NCBI GenBank assembly: GCA_902384935.1
Contig: CABMDO010000012.1
Coordinates: forward strand, 1-64,000
Direction of reading: 5' to 3'
DNA: 64,000 nt
Origin: Candidatus Norongarragalina meridionalis
GTDB taxonomy: Archaea; Micrarchaeota; Micrarchaeia; Norongarragalinales; Norongarragalinaceae
Shown here: positions 36,183-45,088 of the stretch, piece by piece
How positions within the stretch are numbered: the stretch's first letter is position 1
Layout of the letters: the number at the start of each line of letters is the position of its first letter
The notes under the pieces: model-generated
What the model saw: only the letters and a program-made list of their open reading frames with translations
Database searches by the model: none
What the model was told of the DNA's origin: nothing
Position numbers and translations under genes: made by a program

Positions 36183-36567
36183 AAAATTCACCTATCGCGG
36201 ACTCGAAGTCGAGGAGCTGCAGAAGATGCCGCTCGACGACTTCATCAAGATAGTCCCCGCGAAAACGCGGCGCTCGCTGAAGCGCATGGGATACAAGATG
36301 AAGACGTTCATCGAGAAGCTGCGCGCCCACAAGAAGAAGAACAAGCAGAAGCCGCTGCGCACGCAGTGCCGCGAGATGGTGGTAATTCCCGAGATGATAG
36401 GCATGCGCGTGCAGGTTCACGCCGGCAACGTTTACACCGACTTGAACATATCCCCCGAAATGCTCGGGCACAGGCTCGGCGAATACGCGATAACGTGCAA
36501 GAGCGTCAGGCATTCCGGCCCGGGTATCGGAGCAACCCGCGGAAGCAAGGCGGTAGAACTCAAGTAA
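36175..36567 (+). CDS. rps19: ribosomal protein S19
   Basis: GTG start overlapping the rpl2 stop. [38 protein letters not shown].. Confidence 0.85.
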   Translation: [130 protein letters not shown]

Positions 36568-36576
36568 GGAATTCAC

Positions 36577-37053
36577 ATGGCAGTATACAAGTATTCGGTG
36601 AAAATCGGCGAAAAAAGCGCGGCATCCCAGTCGCACGACTCGGACGCGTCCTACAAGGACCTCGGCGAGATTTGCCGCGCGCTGCGCGGAAAAAGCATAG
36701 CCGCCTGCCGCAAAATCCTAGATGAAGCCATCTCGATGAAGCGCGCCATCCCCTACGTAAGGCACTCGGGGCGTTGCGGCGCTCGCAGCGAGCTCGGCGG
36801 GCAGAAGGGAAGATACCCGAAGAAGGAATGCAAACTCATGCGCGCGCTCCTGGAAAATGCGGTGGCGAACGCGAAGCACAAGGGGCTGGACGAGGCGAAG
36901 CTCGTCGTTTCTCACGCCGCGTCGTACAAGCAGAACGAGTTCCCGCGCTACCGCAGGACGTGGGCGGGTTCCAACACGCTCGGCTACGGGAAACAGGCGG
37001 TATGGGGCAACTACATGACCGCGCGCGTCGAAATAGTGGTTTCGGAGAAGTGA
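36577..37053 (+). CDS. rpl22: ribosomal protein L22
   Basis: MAVYKYSVKIGEKSAASQSHDSDASYKDLGEICRALRGKSIAACRKIL.. matches the L22 family. Confidence 0.85.
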   Translation: MAVYKYSVKIGEKSAASQSHDSDASYKDLGEICRALRGKSIAACRKILDEAISMKRAIPYVRHSGRCGARSELGGQKGRYPKKECKLMRALLENAVANAKHKGLDEAKLVVSHAASYKQNEFPRYRRTWAGSNTLGYGKQAVWGNYMTARVEIVVSEK

Positions 37054-37057
37054 TTCG

Positions 37058-37846
37058 GTGGCGATAGAGAAAAAATTCATCAAAAAGGCGCTGAGCGACC
37101 TGCAGATAGCGGGCTTCCTCGAGAAGGAGCTCGAGCGCGCGGGCGTTTCGACCATCGAGATACAGAAGACTCCGATTGCGACGCGCATTACGATTACCGT
37201 CAGAAGGCCCGGACTGGTTGTCGGAAAGAAGGGCAAGACGATAAAGGATTTGTGCGACGAGCTCACGCGCCGCTTCGGCATGGAGAACCCGCAGATTGAA
37301 GTCGTCGAAGTGGCGAACGCGTCGCTCGACGCCAAGCTCATGGCGGAGCGCGTAGGAAAGAGCATCGAAATGCGGCCGCAGGCGAAGGCCGCTATGCGCA
37401 TCTCGTTGCGCGAAATCATGGAAGCCGGCGCAATAGGCGCGGAAATCCGCGTCGCTGGCAAAATAGTCGGCAAGGGCGGAAAGGCGAAGGCGTTCAAAGT
37501 CAAAGCGGGATACATCAAGAAATCCGGCGACATGATGAACTCCGTCCGCGTCGGCACGTACGTCGCCCGCCTGAAGGCGGGATGCGTCGGAATCACGGTC
37601 AAGATAGTCCCGCCGAACACGATGTTCGCGGACCAGTACAGCGCTCCCGATAACGTCGCCGCGGCTCAGGCAGAAGCCGAGGCGGAACTTCCCCCCGAAG
37701 CGCCTGCGGAGGAATCCGCGGTGGAGCAGAAGATGGAGGAAATAAAGGCGGTCGAAGGCGAATCCAAGGAAGAGGCGGGCGCGAAGAAGAAGCCGAAGAA
37801 GAAAAAGGTAGAAAAACATGGCGATAGTGAAAAAGCAAGCTCTTAA
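37058..37846 (+). CDS. rps3: ribosomal protein S3
   Basis: KH domain TIEIQKTPIATRITITVRRPGLVVGKKGKTIKDL plus the S3 C-terminal domain. Lys/Glu-rich tail. Confidence 0.9.
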   Translation: MAIEKKFIKKALSDLQIAGFLEKELERAGVSTIEIQKTPIATRITITVRRPGLVVGKKGKTIKDLCDELTRRFGMENPQIEVVEVANASLDAKLMAERVGKSIEMRPQAKAAMRISLREIMEAGAIGAEIRVAGKIVGKGGKAKAFKVKAGYIKKSGDMMNSVRVGTYVARLKAGCVGITVKIVPPNTMFADQYSAPDNVAAAQAEAEAELPPEAPAEESAVEQKMEEIKAVEGESKEEAGAKKKPKKKKVEKHGDSEKASS

Positions 37847-38051
37847 GGAAATGGGCGACGCCGATTTGAAGGCGAAGCTCGTGGAAATCGAGAACGAGCT
37901 CCGCATGCAGCAGGGCGCGCTCCACAACACCGGCAAGCCCCAGAGCACCGGGCGCCTGCGCGCGCTGAAAAAGCTCCGCGCGAGGATACTCACGTTCCTT
38001 TCCCAGCGCGAGAAGGCAAACGCTTTAAAGCTGGAATTTAAGAAGAAATAG
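37818..38051 (+). CDS. rpl29: ribosomal protein L29
   Basis: MAIVKKQALKEMGDADLKAKLVEIENELRMQQGALHNTGKPQSTGRLRALKKLRARILT. TAG stop. Confidence 0.85.
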   Translation: MAIVKKQALKEMGDADLKAKLVEIENELRMQQGALHNTGKPQSTGRLRALKKLRARILTFLSQREKANALKLEFKKK

Positions 38052-38066
38052 GAGGTTTTCCGAAAG

Positions 38067-38372
38067 TTGTCTGAAATCTGTTCCAAATGCGGGCTCCCCA
38101 AGGAGATTTGCGCCTGCCAGACTATCGAGAAGGAAACCACCCAGAAGATCAAGGTCTACACCACCAAGAAGCGCTTCAACAAACTCGTCACCATAGTCGA
38201 AGGACTGAAGGGCGAGGAGCTGGCGGGCGCGACGAAGGAGCTGAAGCACAAGCTCGCGTGCGGCGGCTCGTGCAAGGGCGGCTACATAGTGCTTCAGGGC
38301 GACCACCTGGACAAGGCGGTGGACTTCCTCGTAAAGCTCGGCTATCCGCGGGACATCATAAAGGTGGGATGA
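38067..38372 (+). CDS. sui1: translation initiation factor SUI1 (aSUI1/YciH)
   Basis: TTG start. CGLPKEICAC zinc knuckle plus KIKVYTTKKRFNKLVTIVEGL..GGYIVLQGDHLDKAVDFL (SUI1 fold). Confidence 0.8.
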   Translation: MSEICSKCGLPKEICACQTIEKETTQKIKVYTTKKRFNKLVTIVEGLKGEELAGATKELKHKLACGGSCKGGYIVLQGDHLDKAVDFLVKLGYPRDIIKVG

Positions 38373-38375
38373 GCG

Positions 38376-38672
38376 ATGAACCCCAAACTAAGGAGGTTCA
38401 TTCTGGCGCTTTACAAGCAGCGGAGCAATACGGGCAAGCTCCCTTCTTCTAAAAAACCCGCAGGCGTAGTTTTCAAAAGCCGGGGCGGGTTTTCCGAAGA
38501 GAGCATACGGAGAAAACTCAAGGCGGAAGGACTTCCTCCGCACTACGCGCCAGAAATAGCTAGGCATTTGAAAGAGGGAAGCAGGCCGGGAAATTTGGTG
38601 GATTCGCTCCGGGTGGTTGACTGGTTAGCCGAACATCCGTCGAGGCGCAATCGCGTCGTACGCGCGCCTTAA
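38376..38672 (+). CDS. hypothetical protein inserted between sui1 and rnp1 (lower GC)
   Basis: 98-aa ORF (..RKLKAEGLPPHYAPEIARHLKEG..). Not part of the conserved L29-SUI1-Rnp1-S17 order. Codon usage is AT-shifted versus its neighbours. Confidence 0.4.
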   Translation: MNPKLRRFILALYKQRSNTGKLPSSKKPAGVVFKSRGGFSEESIRRKLKAEGLPPHYAPEIARHLKEGSRPGNLVDSLRVVDWLAEHPSRRNRVVRAP

Positions 38673-38696
38673 AAAGCAAAGCAATAAATACCGTTC

Positions 38697-39023
38697 ATGC
38701 GCATAACTAACAATCCGAAAGAGAGAAAACCCTCTCCAAAAAGGGGCCGAAGGCAGGGTTGCCACGAGCGCTTTCTCGCCGGTGAGTTCATCGGCGAACA
38801 GGTGCGCGTCGTCAACAGCTCCTGCAAAGGCCTGCTGGGTATCGAGGGAAGGATTTCGGACGAGACGTTGAATACGTTCGTTCTCGAGACTCGCGAGGGA
38901 GTGAAACGTTTGCCGAAGAAGGCATGCGTTTTCTTCTTTCCCGATGCGGGCGAAACGGTCGACGGGATGAAAATCCTGCACCGCCCCGAGGACAGGACGA
39001 AAAAAATCGCGAAGCAAAAGTGA
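38697..39023 (+). CDS. rnp1: RNase P protein component 1 (Rpp29/Pop4)
   Basis: FLAGEFIGEQVRVVNSSCKGLLGIEGRISDETLNTFVLETREGVKRLPKKACVFFF matches the Rpp29 Sm-like barrel. Confidence 0.8.
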   Translation: MRITNNPKERKPSPKRGRRQGCHERFLAGEFIGEQVRVVNSSCKGLLGIEGRISDETLNTFVLETREGVKRLPKKACVFFFPDAGETVDGMKILHRPEDRTKKIAKQK

Positions 39024-39028
39024 AAAAC

Positions 39029-39310
39029 ATGGCTGAAGAATGCAACGACGAGAACTGCCCGACGCACGGCTCGCTCAAAACAAGGGGCGCGCTCGTCGAG
39101 GGAACCGTCGTGAGCCTCAAGGCGAAGAAAACCGCCGTCATCCGCTGCGACTATTCGAAGGCGGTGCCGAAATACGAGCGCGTCGAGAAGCGCCGCGGAA
39201 AACTGCACATCCACGTGCCGCCCTGCGTCAAAATCAAGGAAGGCGACAAGGTGCGCGCGATGGAATGCCGCAAAATCAGCAAAACCAAGAGCCATGTAGT
39301 AGTAAAGTGA
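39029..39310 (+). CDS. rps17: ribosomal protein S17
   Basis: MAEECNDENCPTHGSLKTRGALVEGTVVSLKAKKTAVIRCDY..VKIKEGDKVRAMECRKISKTKS. Confidence 0.85.
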   Translation: MAEECNDENCPTHGSLKTRGALVEGTVVSLKAKKTAVIRCDYSKAVPKYERVEKRRGKLHIHVPPCVKIKEGDKVRAMECRKISKTKSHVVVK

Positions 39311-39317
39311 TTCTGAA

Positions 39318-39716
39318 ATGCCACTCGGACTTACCGCCAAGATAACGAAGCCCATCACGGTGGGCACGAGGCTTCTCTGCGACGACAACAGCGGCGCGAA
39401 AATCGTCGAGGTAATCAACGTCCTCGGCGTGAAGGCGCGCCTTCGCCGCTATCCGAGCGCGGGAATAGGCGACACCATCATGGTGGCGGTCAAGAAGGGC
39501 AAGCCCGAGATGGTGAAGAAAAAGGAGAAGGCGATCATCGTGCGCCAGAAGAAGGAATACAGGCGCGGCAAGGAGCGCGTGCGCTTCGAGGACAACGCGT
39601 GCGTGCTCATAGACGACCAGGGATTGCCGAAGGGCACCGAAATCAAGGGATGCGTAGCGCGCGAAATCGCGGAGCGCTTCCCGAAAGTAGTCGCGATAGC
39701 GAGTTCAGTGGTGTGA
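39318..39716 (+). CDS. rpl14: ribosomal protein L14
   Basis: ..LLCDDNSGAKIVEVINVLG..GDTIMVAVKKG.. is the L14 signature. Confidence 0.9.
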   Translation: MPLGLTAKITKPITVGTRLLCDDNSGAKIVEVINVLGVKARLRRYPSAGIGDTIMVAVKKGKPEMVKKKEKAIIVRQKKEYRRGKERVRFEDNACVLIDDQGLPKGTEIKGCVAREIAERFPKVVAIASSVV

Positions 39717-39720
39717 GGAA

Positions 39721-40080
39721 ATGAAGTTCAATTCATCGGTGACGAAACAGCCGCGCAAGAAGCGCAAGACGCTCGCGAATCTGGCGCTGCACTCGAAGCG
39801 CAGGCTCGTTCACGCCCATCTCTCGAAGGAATTGCGCACGCAGCTGAAGAAGCGCTCGATCGCCCTGAAGAAGGGCGACTCCGTAAGAATCGTGCGCGGC
39901 CGCTTCAAGAAGCGCAGCGGCAAAATAGTGGAAGTGGATTTGCGCAGGATGCTCGTGTTCGTGGAGGGAGTCATAATCAAGAAGCAGGGAGGCCGTGAAA
40001 AGACGGCACCGATACAGCCCTCCAACGTAGTCATAACCGCGCTGGAGAAGCGCGACGAGAAGAAAAAGCAGAAGAAGTGA
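39721..40080 (+). CDS. rpl24: ribosomal protein L24
   Basis: KOW motif LKKGDSVRIVRGRFKKRSGKIVEVD. Confidence 0.85.
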   Translation: MKFNSSVTKQPRKKRKTLANLALHSKRRLVHAHLSKELRTQLKKRSIALKKGDSVRIVRGRFKKRSGKIVEVDLRRMLVFVEGVIIKKQGGREKTAPIQPSNVVITALEKRDEKKKQKK

Positions 40081-40085
40081 AATAA

Positions 40086-40784
40086 ATGGCAAGTCACGGC
40101 AAACAACGGCACATGAAGCTCATCGCGGCGCCGACGGCGCGCGGACTTTCCCCCAAGGGAAACGTCTGGGTCACCAAGGGGATTCCCGGCCCGCACAACG
40201 CGAAGGAATCCATACCGCTCAGCGTGTTCCTCCGCGACGTGCTTAAAATCGCGGAGACGTCCAGGCAGGCGCGCTCCGTAGTGAAAAACGGCGAGCTTCT
40301 CGTGGACGGGCGCAGCATCAACGACGAGCAGTTCTGCATCGGGCTGATGGACGTCGTGAGCATACCGAAGCTCGGCACGCACTACCGCATCGTCATCAAA
40401 GCCGGTGTTTTGAAACCCATTCCGATAACCGCCGAAGAGGCGAAGCTGAAGTACTGCCGCGTGCAGGGCAAGCGCTTCGTGGCGAAGGGGAAGACGCAAC
40501 TGAACCTGCACGACGGACGCTGCGTCATTCTGGACAAGACTGACGCGAAGCCGGGCGACACGCTCGTCGTTTCCGTGCCGAAGCAGGAAATCAAGGCGCA
40601 CCTCAAGTTCGAAAAGGGCGCGCGCTGCCTCGTGTTCCGCGGCAAGCACTCGGGATTCATCGCGAACCTCGAGGGCGTCATGGAGCGCGCGGGAAGCAAG
40701 GACAGCGACGCGCGCCTTACCGGCGATATGATCACGCTCAAGAATTACCTGTTCGTAGTCGACGACAAGTTCAAGATAGAGTGA
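40086..40784 (+). CDS. rps4e: ribosomal protein S4e
   Basis: MASHGKQRHMKLIAAP..S4 and KOW domains..HYRIVIKAG matches the S4e family. Confidence 0.85.
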   Translation: MASHGKQRHMKLIAAPTARGLSPKGNVWVTKGIPGPHNAKESIPLSVFLRDVLKIAETSRQARSVVKNGELLVDGRSINDEQFCIGLMDVVSIPKLGTHYRIVIKAGVLKPIPITAEEAKLKYCRVQGKRFVAKGKTQLNLHDGRCVILDKTDAKPGDTLVVSVPKQEIKAHLKFEKGARCLVFRGKHSGFIANLEGVMERAGSKDSDARLTGDMITLKNYLFVVDDKFKIE

Positions 40785-41305
40785 AATTAATGGCTAACGT
40801 CATGCAGAGGGTCGTGCTGGAGAAGCTGACGCTCAACATAGGCGTAGGTGAGGGCGGCGACGCGCTCGAGAACGCGCGCAAACTCATCGAGAAACTGAGC
40901 GGAAGCAAGGCGGTGATAACGCTCTCGAAGGGAAGAAACCCGACGTTCAAGATAAAGAAGGGCGACCCCCTCGGCGTCAAGACGACGCTCCGCGGCGCCC
41001 CCGCCGAGGAGTTCCTGAAGAACGCCCTCGTGGCGGCGGAGCAGAAAATCAACGTGCGTTCCATGGACGGATTCGGAAACGTCGCGTTCGGCGTGAAGGA
41101 GTACATAGACTTCCCCGGCGCCAAGTACGACCCGAAAATCGGCATGATGGGATTCGACGTTTGCATTTCTTTGAGGAAGCCGGGAGCGCGCATCGCGCGG
41201 AGGCGCATCGCGACCCGTCGCCTGCCCAAGAGGCAGCGCGTTTCAAACGAGGAGGCGAAGGCCTTCCTTTCCGAGAAGTTCGGAGTCAAGTTCGTGACGG
41301 AGTGA
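40781..41305 (+). CDS. rpl5: ribosomal protein L5
   Basis: ..[54 protein letters not shown]. Confidence 0.9.
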   Translation: MKLMANVMQRVVLEKLTLNIGVGEGGDALENARKLIEKLSGSKAVITLSKGRNPTFKIKKGDPLGVKTTLRGAPAEEFLKNALVAAEQKINVRSMDGFGNVAFGVKEYIDFPGAKYDPKIGMMGFDVCISLRKPGARIARRRIATRRLPKRQRVSNEEAKAFLSEKFGVKFVTE

Positions 41306-41313
41306 GATATAGG

Positions 41314-41469
41314 ATGCAGAAAGAAGAAACCCGTTTCAAAAAGCGCGGCAAGCGCAGGTGCAGGATGTGCGGAAACGCCCGCGGGCTTATACGCAAGTAC
41401 GGAATGTACGTCTGCCGCAAGTGCTTCCGCGAGAACGCGGAGAAGATAGGGTTCAAGAAATACGGTTGA
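41314..41469 (+). CDS. rps14: ribosomal protein S14 (type Z, zinc-binding)
   Basis: [51 protein letters not shown]. Confidence 0.85.
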   Translation: MQKEETRFKKRGKRRCRMCGNARGLIRKYGMYVCRKCFRENAEKIGFKKYG

Positions 41470-41473
41470 TAAA

Positions 41474-41860
41474 ATGGTTGATACGCTCGCACACTCGCTG
41501 AATTCGCTCAAGGTATCGGAGAACAAGGGGCTCCAGAGCGTCAGGCTCAAGCCCGCGTCGAAGATGCTCCGCGAGGTTCTGCTCATATTCCAGCGCACGG
41601 GATACGTCGGGGAATTCGAGTTCGTCGACGACGCGAAGAGCGGCGAGTTCGTGGTGAAGCTTACGGGGCGCGTGAACGCCTGCGGAGTCGTGAAGCCGCG
41701 CTTCCCCGTTTCCGAGGGGAAGTGGGAGCGCTTCGAGCAGAGGTATCTTCCCGCGAAGAACGTGGGATTCCTCGTAGTGTCGACGTCTAAGGGTTTGATG
41801 ACGCACAACGAGGCGAAGGAGCAGAACGTCGGCGGACGCTTGATATGTTTCGTTTATTGA
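41474..41860 (+). CDS. rps8: ribosomal protein S8
   Basis: MVDTLAHSLNSLKVSENKG..GFLVVSTSKGLMTHNEAKEQNVGGRLICFVY. Confidence 0.9.
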   Translation: MVDTLAHSLNSLKVSENKGLQSVRLKPASKMLREVLLIFQRTGYVGEFEFVDDAKSGEFVVKLTGRVNACGVVKPRFPVSEGKWERFEQRYLPAKNVGFLVVSTSKGLMTHNEAKEQNVGGRLICFVY

Positions 41861-41872
41861 GTTGAGAAAGAA

Positions 41873-42373
41873 ATGAAAATTCCCGAGGGTGTTTCGTTCG
41901 AGGTGCGCGGAAACGCGATGTCAGCGAAGGGTCCCGGCGGCGAGATATCCAAGGAGTTCAACCAGCGCCTCGTGAAAGTCGAAGTGAAGGACGGCGAGGT
42001 TTCCGTTACGCCGCTCAAGAAGGAGCGCAGCTCCATCAGGGCGGCGGTCGGAGCCGTGAAGTCGCACGTCACGAACATGCTCGCGGGCGCGAAGGGCGAG
42101 TACAGCAAGAAACTCCAGGTAGTGTTCGCGCATTTCCCCGTTTCGATGGAAGTCAAGGGAAGCGAAGTCGTGATAAAGAACTTCCTCGGCGAGAAGAGCG
42201 CGCGCAAGGCGAAGATAATCAAGGGCGCGAAGGTGGACGTAAAAGGACAGGAAATAAACGTCCACGGCCCCGACAAGGAAGCGGTGGGGCAGACGTGCTC
42301 GAACCTCATCGGCGCCACGCGCATAACCAACCGCGACGAGCGGGTTTTCCAGGATGGAATCTACTATGCTTAA
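41873..42373 (+). CDS. rpl6: ribosomal protein L6
   Basis: Two L6 alpha/beta repeats (..VKVEVKDGEVSVTPLKKE.. / ..FPVSMEVKGSEVVIKNFLGEK..). Confidence 0.85.
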   Translation: MKIPEGVSFEVRGNAMSAKGPGGEISKEFNQRLVKVEVKDGEVSVTPLKKERSSIRAAVGAVKSHVTNMLAGAKGEYSKKLQVVFAHFPVSMEVKGSEVVIKNFLGEKSARKAKIIKGAKVDVKGQEINVHGPDKEAVGQTCSNLIGATRITNRDERVFQDGIYYA

Positions 42374-42707
42374 GCGCATGAAAGTCAAATTCAAGAGGCA
42401 GGATTCGGTCACGCACAAGCGCGTGCCGAGCTCGTGGCGTGCGCCGCGCGGCATAGACAACAAGCTGCGCATCGAGCGCCGTGGAATCGGCTACGTGCCG
42501 AAAATAGGCTGGAGAGGCGAGCGCAAGACGCGCGGAATGCGCGGCGACGACAAGACGGCGGAAGTCCTTATCGAAAACATGAAGCAGCTCGAGGCTATGA
42601 AGGGCACGAAGGCGAAGGCGCGCATCGCGTCGGGCGTCGGCGAGCTGAAACGCGTGTACCTGCGCAGGCGCGCCAAGGAACTTGGAATTATTCTGGTGAA
42701 CGGCTGA
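42354..42707 (+). CDS. rpl32e: ribosomal protein L32e
   Basis: ..RQDSVTHKRVPSSWRAPRGIDNKLRIERRGIGYVPKIGWRGERKTRG.. matches L32e. Confidence 0.8.
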   Translation: MESTMLKRMKVKFKRQDSVTHKRVPSSWRAPRGIDNKLRIERRGIGYVPKIGWRGERKTRGMRGDDKTAEVLIENMKQLEAMKGTKAKARIASGVGELKRVYLRRRAKELGIILVNG

Positions 42708-43138
42708 TGTCCAAAACGCTAAAAACCATAAAACGCCTCGCGGCGAAGATACTCAACGCAGGAGAGTCCCGCATCCGCATCCTCGACCAGAAGAAGGCGA
42801 TGGACGCGCTTACGGGAGACGACGTTCGCGGTTTGATAAAAGAGGGCGTAATCGTCCTCTTGCCCAAGAAGGGCGTGGGGCGCTCGAAAGCCACGCGCAA
42901 GGCGGACCGCAAGCGCTCGGGCAGACGCCGCGGAACTGGCAGCCGCAGGGGCTCCGCGAACATCAGCAAGACGATGTGGATGCGCAAAATCCGTTCGCTC
43001 CGCCGCGTGCTGAAGCAGGTGAAGCCCACGCTCGTAAAGGGCGCGTACGGCAGGGTTTACGAGAGGATAAAGGGAAACGCGTTCAGGGACAAGAAGCACC
43101 TGCGCGAATACCTCCGCGAAAAAAAGCTGATTAAATGA
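42707..43138 (+). CDS. rpl19e: ribosomal protein L19e
   Basis: MSKTLKTIKRLAAKILNAGESRIRILD...KGVGRSKATRKADRKRSGRRRGTGSRRG.. matches L19e. Confidence 0.85.
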   Translation: MSKTLKTIKRLAAKILNAGESRIRILDQKKAMDALTGDDVRGLIKEGVIVLLPKKGVGRSKATRKADRKRSGRRRGTGSRRGSANISKTMWMRKIRSLRRVLKQVKPTLVKGAYGRVYERIKGNAFRDKKHLREYLREKKLIK

Positions 43139-43641
43139 GCAAAGCAACCGGTCCATTGTATTGCGTGCATTTCCGCAGGCGCAGGGAGAACCGCACCAAC
43201 TACAGGAAGCGCCTCGCGCTCCTGAAGTCAGGGCTTCCGCGCGCGGTTATCCGCAAGTCCAACAAATACATACTCGTGCAGGTGGCGAACTTCGAGCAGG
43301 CTGGCGACCGCGTGCTGTGCACCGCGTCGTCGAAGGAGCTCGACGCGTTCGGATTCAAGGGGGCTAAGAACAACTCGCCCGCGGCTTATCTCACGGGATT
43401 GCTCGCGGCGAGGAAATCCCTGAAAAAAGGCGTGAAGGAAGCGGTTCCCGACATCGGGCTCAACTTCGCGTCCAAGGGATGCGTGCTTTTCGCGGCGCTC
43501 AAGGGCGTCGCGGACGGAGGCGTCGCCATAGGGGTATCCGACGAAAAGGCGCCCTCGAACGAACGCATAGCCGGCAAGCACCTTTCCGAGACGGTTCAGA
43601 AGGAATTCGCCGAGGCGAAGAAAAAGATAGAGGCACTTTGA
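43135..43641 (+). CDS. rpl18: ribosomal protein L18 (L5e family)
   Basis: ..HFRRRRENRTNYRKRLALLKSGLPRAVIRKSNKYILVQV.. matches L18/L5e. Confidence 0.85.
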   Translation: MSKATGPLYCVHFRRRRENRTNYRKRLALLKSGLPRAVIRKSNKYILVQVANFEQAGDRVLCTASSKELDAFGFKGAKNNSPAAYLTGLLAARKSLKKGVKEAVPDIGLNFASKGCVLFAALKGVADGGVAIGVSDEKAPSNERIAGKHLSETVQKEFAEAKKKIEAL

Positions 43642-43642
43642 A

Positions 43643-44323
43643 ATGAAACGCAACGCTTTCAATCGCGGCGCCCGTGACAGGCGGGACGAGCAGAGCCGCA
43701 CCGCCAACTGGGTTCCGAAGACGAAGCTCGGCAGGAAGGTTCTCAACGGCGAGATAAAGTCCATAGACGAAATATTCGATTCGGGGCAGCGCATCCTCGA
43801 GAGCCAGATAGTGGACATACTCATTCCCGACATCTCCGAGGACGTCCTCGAGGTGAAGAGCACGCAGCGCATGAGCGCGTGCGGACGCAAGCAGCAGATG
43901 CGCGCCGTAGTCGTGGTGGGAAACCGCGCGGGCTACGTCGGCGTCGGCGTAGGCAAGGCGCCCGAGACGCGCGATGCGATTTCCGAGGGCATCAGCGAGG
44001 CGAAGCGCAATCTCGTCCGCGTCCGCCTGGGATGCGGCTCATGGGAGTGCGGCTGCGGAACCGAACACTCGCTCGCCCAGCAGGTTGACGGCCAGAACTC
44101 CAGCACCAGCATACTCATCAAACCCGCGCCGCGCGGCGTGGGAATAGTCGCTTCGGAGAACGTACGCAAGGTTCTCGAGCTCGCGGGAGTGCACGACGCG
44201 TGGACTTTCATGCGCGGACGCACCCGCAACGTGCTCAACGCGGTTCTCGCGACGATGCAGGCGCTCGACTCGCTGAACGTGCTGAAGAGCGGAAGATACG
44301 AGGAGGTTGCCGAAAATGCCTAA
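43643..44323 (+). CDS. rps5: ribosomal protein S5
   Basis: dsRBD plus the S5 C-terminal domain (..AVVVVGNRAGYVGVGVGKAPETRDAI..). Confidence 0.9.
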   Translation: MKRNAFNRGARDRRDEQSRTANWVPKTKLGRKVLNGEIKSIDEIFDSGQRILESQIVDILIPDISEDVLEVKSTQRMSACGRKQQMRAVVVVGNRAGYVGVGVGKAPETRDAISEGISEAKRNLVRVRLGCGSWECGCGTEHSLAQQVDGQNSSTSILIKPAPRGVGIVASENVRKVLELAGVHDAWTFMRGRTRNVLNAVLATMQALDSLNVLKSGRYEEVAENA

Positions 44324-44651
44324 GATTGCGATAATCCTCGTGCGCGGGACGACCGGCATGCGCCGCGACATAAAATACGCGCTTCACCAGCTCAAGCTCA
44401 CGCGGAAGAACCATTGCGTCCTTTACGGCGAAGCGCCGAAGGGGCTGATGATAAAAATCAAGGACTATGTGACGTGGGGAGAAATCGATGCCGCGACGGA
44501 AAAGGCGCTAACGGCAAAAGGGGACGCTCCTTACGCCCTGCACCCGCCCGTGGGCGGATTCAGGGGCGGAATAAAGAAGCCGTATCCGAAGGGAGCCCTC
44601 GGAAACCGCGGCGAGAAAATCAACGCACTTATTAAAAGCATGCTGCAGTGA
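44307..44651 (+). CDS. rpl30: ribosomal protein L30
   Basis: ..IAIILVRGTTGMRRDIKYALHQLKLTRKNHCVL.. matches the archaeal long L30. Confidence 0.85.
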   Translation: MPKMPKIAIILVRGTTGMRRDIKYALHQLKLTRKNHCVLYGEAPKGLMIKIKDYVTWGEIDAATEKALTAKGDAPYALHPPVGGFRGGIKKPYPKGALGNRGEKINALIKSMLQ

Positions 44652-45088
44652 TATTCGAAATGGCAAGACGCGTACATTCACGGAAGAGCAAACACATGGG
44701 CAACCGCACCTTCGGCGGCGGCAACACCAAGAACCGCCGCGGCAAGGGCAACCGCGGAGGCGTAGGCCGCGCGGGATACCACAAGCACCGCTGGCTTCAC
44801 ACGATAAAGTACGAAGGCACGAACAAGGTAACGCGCGGCGAGTCCGGATTCAGCAATCCGACGAGGCGCACGTTCGTTTCCGTTTCAATCGCGAATCTGG
44901 AGTCGCGCATAGCCCGCGGCGAGGCGAAGGCCGACGCGTCGGGCATCCATTCGTTCTCGCTCAGGGGATGCAAGGTCCTTTCGGGCGGCGCGATTCAGCA
45001 CAAGATGGCGGTTAAGGCATCGGCGTTCTCGGAAAAGGCGAAACAGAAGATAATCGCTGCCGGCGGGACGGCCGAGGTACTCCTATGA
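44648..45088 (+). CDS. rpl15: ribosomal protein L15
   Basis: ..FGGGNTKNRRGKGNRGGVGRAGYHKHRW.. matches L15. Confidence 0.85.
   Translation: MIFEMARRVHSRKSKHMGNRTFGGGNTKNRRGKGNRGGVGRAGYHKHRWLHTIKYEGTNKVTRGESGFSNPTRRTFVSVSIANLESRIARGEAKADASGIHSFSLRGCKVLSGGAIQHKMAVKASAFSEKAKQKIIAAGGTAEVLL

Noticed and set aside
38049-38069. Possible L29-SUI1 fusion by UAG readthrough (same frame, 5 codons apart)
   Set aside because: SUI1 has its own TTG start and upstream context. A fused L29-SUI1 protein is biologically implausible, so TAG is treated as a genuine stop here.
36836-38152. 438-aa minus-strand ORF (and many similar: 6336..7505, 8559..9482, 13622..14848, 18979..20055, 21850..23130, 24122..25330, 39810..40649, 40771..41808, 45517..46218, 47810..48379, 51591..52547, 53873..54943, 55020..56573, 57570..58706, 60661..61347)
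   Set aside because: Arg/Ala/Gly/His-rich translations on the strand opposite well-supported conserved genes. These are typical stop-codon-poor artefacts of ~60% GC DNA.
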